A stretch of 64,000 nucleotides of DNA from an uncultured Clostridia bacterium (GTDB lineage: Bacteria; Bacillota; Clostridia; TANB77; CAG-508). The notes below the pieces were generated by a model. That model was not told the origin of the DNA, did not search any database, and worked only from the letters and a program-made list of their open reading frames with translations. Below are positions 59,277-64,000 of the stretch, in pieces (position 1 is the stretch's first letter; every line of letters begins with the position of its first letter). The position numbers and the translations under genes are program-made. The stretch is taken from NCBI GenBank assembly GCA_944393375.1, contig CALXZX010000002.1, positions 15,487 to 79,486 on the forward strand, given 5' to 3'.

Positions 59277-59331
59277 AAAATGAAAAAATGATGAAATACA
59301 TGAGAAAATAAAAAGAAAAGAGGTATAACGT

Positions 59332-60987
59332 ATGAGATTCAAAAGAGAAAACAAACGAGAAGCAGGAATTACATTATTAGCATTAGTTATAACCATCATT
59401 GTATTATTAATATTAGCAGGAATTATAATAAGTGCTATTACAGGGGACAATGGAATCATAGGAAATGCAGGTCAAGCAAAAGAAGAAACAGAGATTGCAA
59501 ATGAAAAAGAAATTGTAGAGAAAGCAACTGTACAAGCAATGGGAAATAATAAATATGGGAACATAGAAGAAAGTGAATTACAAGAACAATTAGATAAAGA
59601 AACGGATACTGGAAAAACAGAAGTATCAGATGTGGAAGATGAATTTGAAGTTGTATTTCATGAAAGTAACAGATATTACACAGTAGATAAAGATGGAAAT
59701 GTAGATGGTGCCTATGAAATTATAGAAGATAAACATCCAGGAGATATTACGCTTGGAAAAGATGGAGAAACATTAGATGGAAGTGAAGAAAAACCATATG
59801 AGATTTGGTGTATAGAAGACTTAGTAGCTTTTTCGAATATGGTAAATGGAGAAGGGATTAGGTTAGAAAATGGCGAGCCCAAACAAATAAGAAGTACAAA
59901 TAGTTTTTCTTTAAAATATGTTGTTTTAAAAACAAATCTTAATTTTAAATCAAAATTATCATATCAAAATAGTGAAAGAACGGACTTTGGAGATATTAAT
60001 GGAAATGAAAATGATGGAAATACATTGATGAATGAAATGACAACAGAAAATGGATTTAAACCAATAGGAATGGTTGAAAATACAGGCTTCGGTGGTGTTT
60101 TTGATGGTCAAAATTATTGGATAAAAGAAATGTATATCCATAGAGAAGATAGAGGAGTAGGTCTATTTACTAAAATAGACAATGTAAATAGTGTAGTTAT
60201 AAAAAATTTGAGAATATCAGGAGAAATGGCAGGAAACTCTGGCGGAGGTGTAGTAGGGACGGTATCTTTGGTTTTTAGAGGGAACAATATAATGATACAA
60301 AATTGTATAAATTATGTAAATATTAAAACTACGGTTTCGGCAGGAGGAATTGTTGGCAGTCGTGGATCTGGTGGATCAGATAAGACTTTAATGATTGCTG
60401 ATTGTATAAACTATGGAGAAATTGAAGGACAAAATTTCTCGGGTGGAATTATTGGACTAGCATATGAAACTACAAAAATTATTAATTGCTGTAATATAGG
60501 AAAAATAGTAAGTAAAGATAAAAATGAAGCATATGGAGGAGCGGGTGGAATTATTGGAACTAGTATGTTTAAAGTTAATATTATTAATGCATATAATTTT
60601 GGAAATGTAGAAGCTGAAAAAAATGCAGGAGGTATTTTAGGATATTCTTATTGGGCAGAAAAGAGTATAGAAAATTGTTATAATATAGGGAAAATATCAG
60701 GAGATACTGTAGGTGGAATTATAGGAACATTGACACTAAGTAATGAATTGTTAGCAACACAAAACTGTTACTATTTAAACACAAATATTTCAAAAGGATT
60801 TGGTAGTTGGAATTCTAGTGCAGAAGCATTAGAAGATGTACAAGGTCTTACAGATACAGAAATGAAATCAACGGAAGTATTAGAGAAACTCAATAATTAT
60901 GTAACAGAGAATATAACAATGGAAGGTATTGTATTGAAAAAATGGATAGTAGGAGAGGATGGATATCCTGGATTTGATAATAACTAA
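59332..60987 (+). CDS. Surface protein paralog 5: pilin-like N-terminal module plus GLUG-type beta-helix repeats
   Basis: AGAGG RBS. MRFKRENKREAGITLLALVITIIVLLILAGIIISAITGDNGII start. Constant module to PYEIWCIEDL (ends 59823). GG(I/V)(I/V)G...NC(Y/I)N.G repeats. Confidence 0.88.
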   Translation: MRFKRENKREAGITLLALVITIIVLLILAGIIISAITGDNGIIGNAGQAKEETEIANEKEIVEKATVQAMGNNKYGNIEESELQEQLDKETDTGKTEVSDVEDEFEVVFHESNRYYTVDKDGNVDGAYEIIEDKHPGDITLGKDGETLDGSEEKPYEIWCIEDLVAFSNMVNGEGIRLENGEPKQIRSTNSFSLKYVVLKTNLNFKSKLSYQNSERTDFGDINGNENDGNTLMNEMTTENGFKPIGMVENTGFGGVFDGQNYWIKEMYIHREDRGVGLFTKIDNVNSVVIKNLRISGEMAGNSGGGVVGTVSLVFRGNNIMIQNCINYVNIKTTVSAGGIVGSRGSGGSDKTLMIADCINYGEIEGQNFSGGIIGLAYETTKIINCCNIGKIVSKDKNEAYGGAGGIIGTSMFKVNIINAYNFGNVEAEKNAGGILGYSYWAEKSIENCYNIGKISGDTVGGIIGTLTLSNELLATQNCYYLNTNISKGFGSWNSSAEALEDVQGLTDTEMKSTEVLEKLNNYVTENITMEGIVLKKWIVGEDGYPGFDNN

Positions 60988-61054
60988 TCATAAAGTTAAA
61001 ATTTAAATTACTCAATAGAAAATATATTTGTTAAATTAATGAATTAAATATTGC

Positions 61055-61106
61055 AAAATCTCTAATTGTGTTGTAAAATAATGGAAATGCAATTAGAGAT
61101 TTTTTT
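61055..61106 (+). terminator. Rho-independent terminator after paralog 5
   Basis: 14-bp stem aaaatctctaattg / caattagagatttt followed by a T-run. Confidence 0.7.
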
Positions 61107-61440
61107 GTTTTATTCATAAAGTTTTATTGTTAATTAAAAAAGAGTTTTGTTTAATGAGATTTATATCAAAAAATTAAAAAAATAAATAATCTAACGATTC
61201 AAGTATTTTTAAAATGTTAAAAAGTATTAATAAAATTATTTTTCAAAAATTATTTTGTGATTTAAATAGAGTTTAATTCTGAAGTTTTAAATTTGTATTT
61301 GTTGATTTTTTATATCTGAATTTATATCTGAAACATTCCAGTTTTTATATATTTATTTTTCATGTAAAAAATAAATGGTAATTGTTGTGAGTACAAAATA
61401 TCTCTAATGTATTTATAGATAAAGAAAAGTCAACTTTTTG

Positions 61441-61469
61441 TTGAATATGCAATAAAAATTTGATAGAAT
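61441..61469 (+). promoter_or_regulatory. Sigma-A-type promoter of the Rpn-like gene
   Basis: TTGAAT (61441-61446), 17 nt, TAGAAT (61464-61469). AAAGGAG RBS before the ATG at 61485. Confidence 0.55.
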
Positions 61470-61484
61470 GAAAGGAGAAGATAA

Positions 61485-62369
61485 ATGAGTAATTTAAACA
61501 AATTAAAAGAAGTAGATATGCTACCATTATCAAATGATTATGTATTCAAAAGAATATTTGGAAAAGGTGGAAATGAAAGAATATTAAAAAGCTTACTAGA
61601 AGCAATTTTAAAAATTAGTATACAAAAAATAGAAGTAAAAAATCCGGAAATACCAAAAGAAGCAATTGATGAAAAATTAAGCATCTTAGATATCAAAGCA
61701 GAAATAAATGAAAATACCATTATAGATGTTGAATTACAAGTAGGAAATACAACGGCCTTAGAAAGAAGATTAGTAGTATATAATGCAAAACTAATAGCAG
61801 GAGAAATAAAAGTATCAGAAAAATATCAAAAGGCAAAAGATACAATTGTGATATGTATTATAAATGATAATGTTGTAAGACGAAATGCATATTTAAGTTT
61901 AGCCATGTTAAAATATGAAAAAACAGAAGAAATCAGATATGTCAATATGGGATATGGAAAAGAAGAAGAATATTTAACAGACATGGTAAAATACTATATC
62001 ATAGAATTACCAAAGTTTAAGAAAAAGAAACCAAAGGTAGCAGATTTACTAGAAAAATGGTTATATGTGATTGGGGGAGATAGAAAAATGATGGAAGAAT
62101 GCAAAAAAGAAAATGAAGAAATCAAAGAAGCAGTAGAACAATTAACACAAATGAGTGCAGATGAATACGAAAGAGAACTATATGAAATTAGGGAAAGAAG
62201 TAGATTAACTTATAACACAGAAATGTATGAAGCAAGAAGGAAAGGATTAGAAGAAGGGAAGACTGAAGAAAGAAAAGAAATTGCTAAGAAAATGAAAGAA
62301 AAAGGTACAGATATTACATATATAATCGAGATAACAGGTTTAACTGAAGAAGAAATTAAAGCATTGTAA
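61485..62369 (+). CDS. Rpn / PD-(D/E)XK (PDDEXK_2, TIGR01784 'putative transposase or invertase') family nuclease
   Basis: N-terminal L..SNDYVFKRIFG motif. D...E.Q nuclease core (LSILDIKAEINENTIIDVELQ). Charged helical C-terminus ending in an HTH-like KGTDITYIIEITGLTEEEIKAL, as is typical of this family. Confidence 0.75.
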   Translation: MSNLNKLKEVDMLPLSNDYVFKRIFGKGGNERILKSLLEAILKISIQKIEVKNPEIPKEAIDEKLSILDIKAEINENTIIDVELQVGNTTALERRLVVYNAKLIAGEIKVSEKYQKAKDTIVICIINDNVVRRNAYLSLAMLKYEKTEEIRYVNMGYGKEEEYLTDMVKYYIIELPKFKKKKPKVADLLEKWLYVIGGDRKMMEECKKENEEIKEAVEQLTQMSADEYERELYEIRERSRLTYNTEMYEARRKGLEEGKTEERKEIAKKMKEKGTDITYIIEITGLTEEEIKAL

Positions 62370-62418
62370 TTTATTTATAAGTATCATTAAAGAAATAATT
62401 TTTCAGAACATAAAAAAT

Positions 62419-62618
62419 CGTTAAGTCAGATACTTAACGATATAAAACTAAAAATATAATATCAATAAAAAATAGTAAAGTCAATAGATAGAAAGAATGA
62501 AAATAAAGAATTAAAATTCATAAAGAAAATAAAAAACAAAAAGTAGAAAAAACTTGTAATAGTGTTACAATAAGTAATTTCTGCTTTTTTCTTTTTACCT
62601 TAAGTATCTGACTTAATG
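62419..62618. promoter_or_regulatory. Putative invertible promoter (inverton 6)
   Basis: The reverse complement of IR-L 62419-62439 (cgttaagtcagatacttaacg) matches IR-R 62598-62618 (ccttaagtatctgacttaatg) at 19/21, with a perfect 17-bp core. The segment carries TTGACT (62484-62479), 17 nt, TATTAT (62461-62456) on the minus strand. An internal terminator-like hairpin plus T-run lies at 62542-62590. Confidence 0.7.
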
Positions 62619-62640
62619 AAAAAGGAAAGGAGTAGGAAAA

Positions 62641-64000
62641 ATGCAAAAGATAAGGAAAGAACAAGGAATTACACTATTAGCATTAGTTATAACCATCATT
62701 GTATTATTAATATTAGCAGGAATTACAATAAGTGCGATAACAGGAGATAATGGAATCATAGGAAATGCAGGTAAAGCAAAAGAAGAAACAGAGATTGCAA
62801 ATGAAAAAGAAATTGTAGAGAAAGCAACTGTACAAGTAATGGGAAATAATAAATATGGGAACATAGAAGAAAGTGAATTACAAGAACAATTAGATAAAGA
62901 AACGGATACTGGAAAAACAGAAGTATCAGATGTCGGAGATGAATTTGAAGTTGTATTTCATGAAAGTAATCGATACTATACAGTAGATAAAGATGGAAAT
63001 GTAGAAGGTGCTTATGAAATTGTAGAAGATGAATATCCAGGAGATATTACAGTTGGAAAAGATGGAGAGACATTAGATGGAAGCGAAGGAAAACCATATG
63101 AGATTTGGTGTATAGAAGATTTAGTAGAATGGTCACAAAATTATAGAAACTATCAAAATTCTTATATAGAATTGAAAAGAACATTAAATTTTAAATCAAG
63201 ATTGTCTTATATAAACGGAAAAATGTTAAATTGCAATTCAATAGAAGAATTAAGAAATTTATTAACAAATACTTCTGGAAGTGGATTTACACCAATTACT
63301 AATTTTTATGGTACTTTTGATGGGAAGAACTTTGAAATACAAAATATTTATGAAAATGTATCAGGAAAAGCAGGTTTTTTTGCAGATGCTGCTGGGACAA
63401 TAAAAAATTTAAAAATATCGGGAAATATTATTTCAAATGATGGATATGCGGGTGGAATTGTAAGTAATTTAGGAGAAACATTAAACATTAGTAACTGCAT
63501 TAATTACTGTAACGTTACTGCAAATGCAGAAATACATACCAATCCTGGTAATGTTGATGTTCGTGGAACTGCAGGAGGAATTGTAGGAAAATGTGTAGGA
63601 AATGTTATCATTAAGGATTGTGCAAATGAAGGAAATATATATGGAACAAATGAAACGGGAGGAATAGTAGGATTTCAATATGTTTCTAATATCACAATTT
63701 TAAATTGTTATAATGATGGAATGATAAATGGGGAAAGTGATACAGGAGGAATCATTGGTAGAACATTGGCATCAACTGTGCAAATATATAATTGTTATAA
63801 CATAGGAAATATTTCTGGAAGTGTTACTGGAGGATTAATGGGAAATAGAGGTTCTAATGATAAAATAGAGATAAAAAATTGTTATAATTATTCAGAAATT
63901 AAAGGAAGTAAATATCAAGGAGAAATTATTGGATTTAATTGGGCATATGATACAGAAACATCTCCTACAATAGAAAATGTATTTTATACAAATCAAACAA
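62641..64000 (+). CDS. Surface protein paralog 6 (partial, runs off the window end): pilin-like N-terminal module plus GLUG-type beta-helix repeats
   Basis: ATG at 62641 after AAAGGAG. MQKIRKEQGITLLALVITIIVLLILAGITISAITGDNGII start. The frame stays open to base 64000. It is absent from the ORF track only because no stop falls within the window. Confidence 0.85.
   Translation, partial: MQKIRKEQGITLLALVITIIVLLILAGITISAITGDNGIIGNAGKAKEETEIANEKEIVEKATVQVMGNNKYGNIEESELQEQLDKETDTGKTEVSDVGDEFEVVFHESNRYYTVDKDGNVEGAYEIVEDEYPGDITVGKDGETLDGSEGKPYEIWCIEDLVEWSQNYRNYQNSYIELKRTLNFKSRLSYINGKMLNCNSIEELRNLLTNTSGSGFTPITNFYGTFDGKNFEIQNIYENVSGKAGFFADAAGTIKNLKISGNIISNDGYAGGIVSNLGETLNISNCINYCNVTANAEIHTNPGNVDVRGTAGGIVGKCVGNVIIKDCANEGNIYGTNETGGIVGFQYVSNITILNCYNDGMINGESDTGGIIGRTLASTVQIYNCYNIGNISGSVTGGLMGNRGSNDKIEIKNCYNYSEIKGSKYQGEIIGFNWAYDTETSPTIENVFYTNQT

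Noticed and set aside
61107-61484. AT-rich 380-bp gap with a ttatatctgaa direct repeat and a taacgatt 8-mer resembling the IR-L of invertons 5 and 6; possible decayed switch or IS end
   Set aside because: It offers only short matches that are expected by chance in sequence this AT-rich. No partner repeat or promoter with the family architecture was seen.
55455-62620. The recurring hairpin-like repeats might be a CRISPR array or simple terminators
   Set aside because: They are kilobases apart, flank promoters rather than spacers, occur as inverted rather than direct pairs, and no cas genes are present. A terminator-only explanation fails because the asymmetric loop sequences of the paired arms are mutual reverse complements.

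Overview
Very AT-rich chromosomal window from an endospore-forming, low-GC Firmicute, shown by a complete Clostridia-type spoIIIAA-AH operon. Most of it is ordinary housekeeping: a class A PBP, cysS, galE, a Crp/Fnr regulator divergent from nrdDG, murT-gatD, mgtA, a ZIP transporter, three MFS-like genes, a run of phosphatases/phosphoesterases, yebC, accC-accD-accA-fabI, and a TetR-associated flavoprotein/aldo-keto-reductase island. The unusual part is a six-member family of surface-protein genes, starting at 12019, 47899, 55684, 57465, 59332 and 62641. They share a near-identical pilin-like N-terminal module of about 160 aa. Their C-termini differ: GLUG-type beta-helix repeats in five, BspA/DUF285-type leucine-rich repeats in one. 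Each gene is preceded by a 150-165 bp segment bracketed by 14-25 bp inverted repeats. Each segment carries a near-consensus sigma-A promoter (TTGAnn-16/17-TAtnAT) that in this assembly points away from the gene. I read these as six invertible promoters (invertons), all assembled in the OFF orientation, giving combinatorial phase variation of a mosaic surface-protein repertoire. The left repeat of each switch also looks like an intrinsic terminator for OFF-state transcripts. No tyrosine or serine recombinase is encoded in the window; only an Rpn/PD-(D/E)XK 'putative transposase or invertase' family gene sits inside the tandem array. Other observations: FNR-style 5-4-5 palindromes at class II distance from the nrdD promoter, a shared operator-like motif on separate accC and accD promoters, membrane-anchored flavodoxin-like proteins, gene remnants, and a REP-like family of long palindromic terminators. 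All calls rest on by-eye motif and ORF reading; no searches or computations were run.
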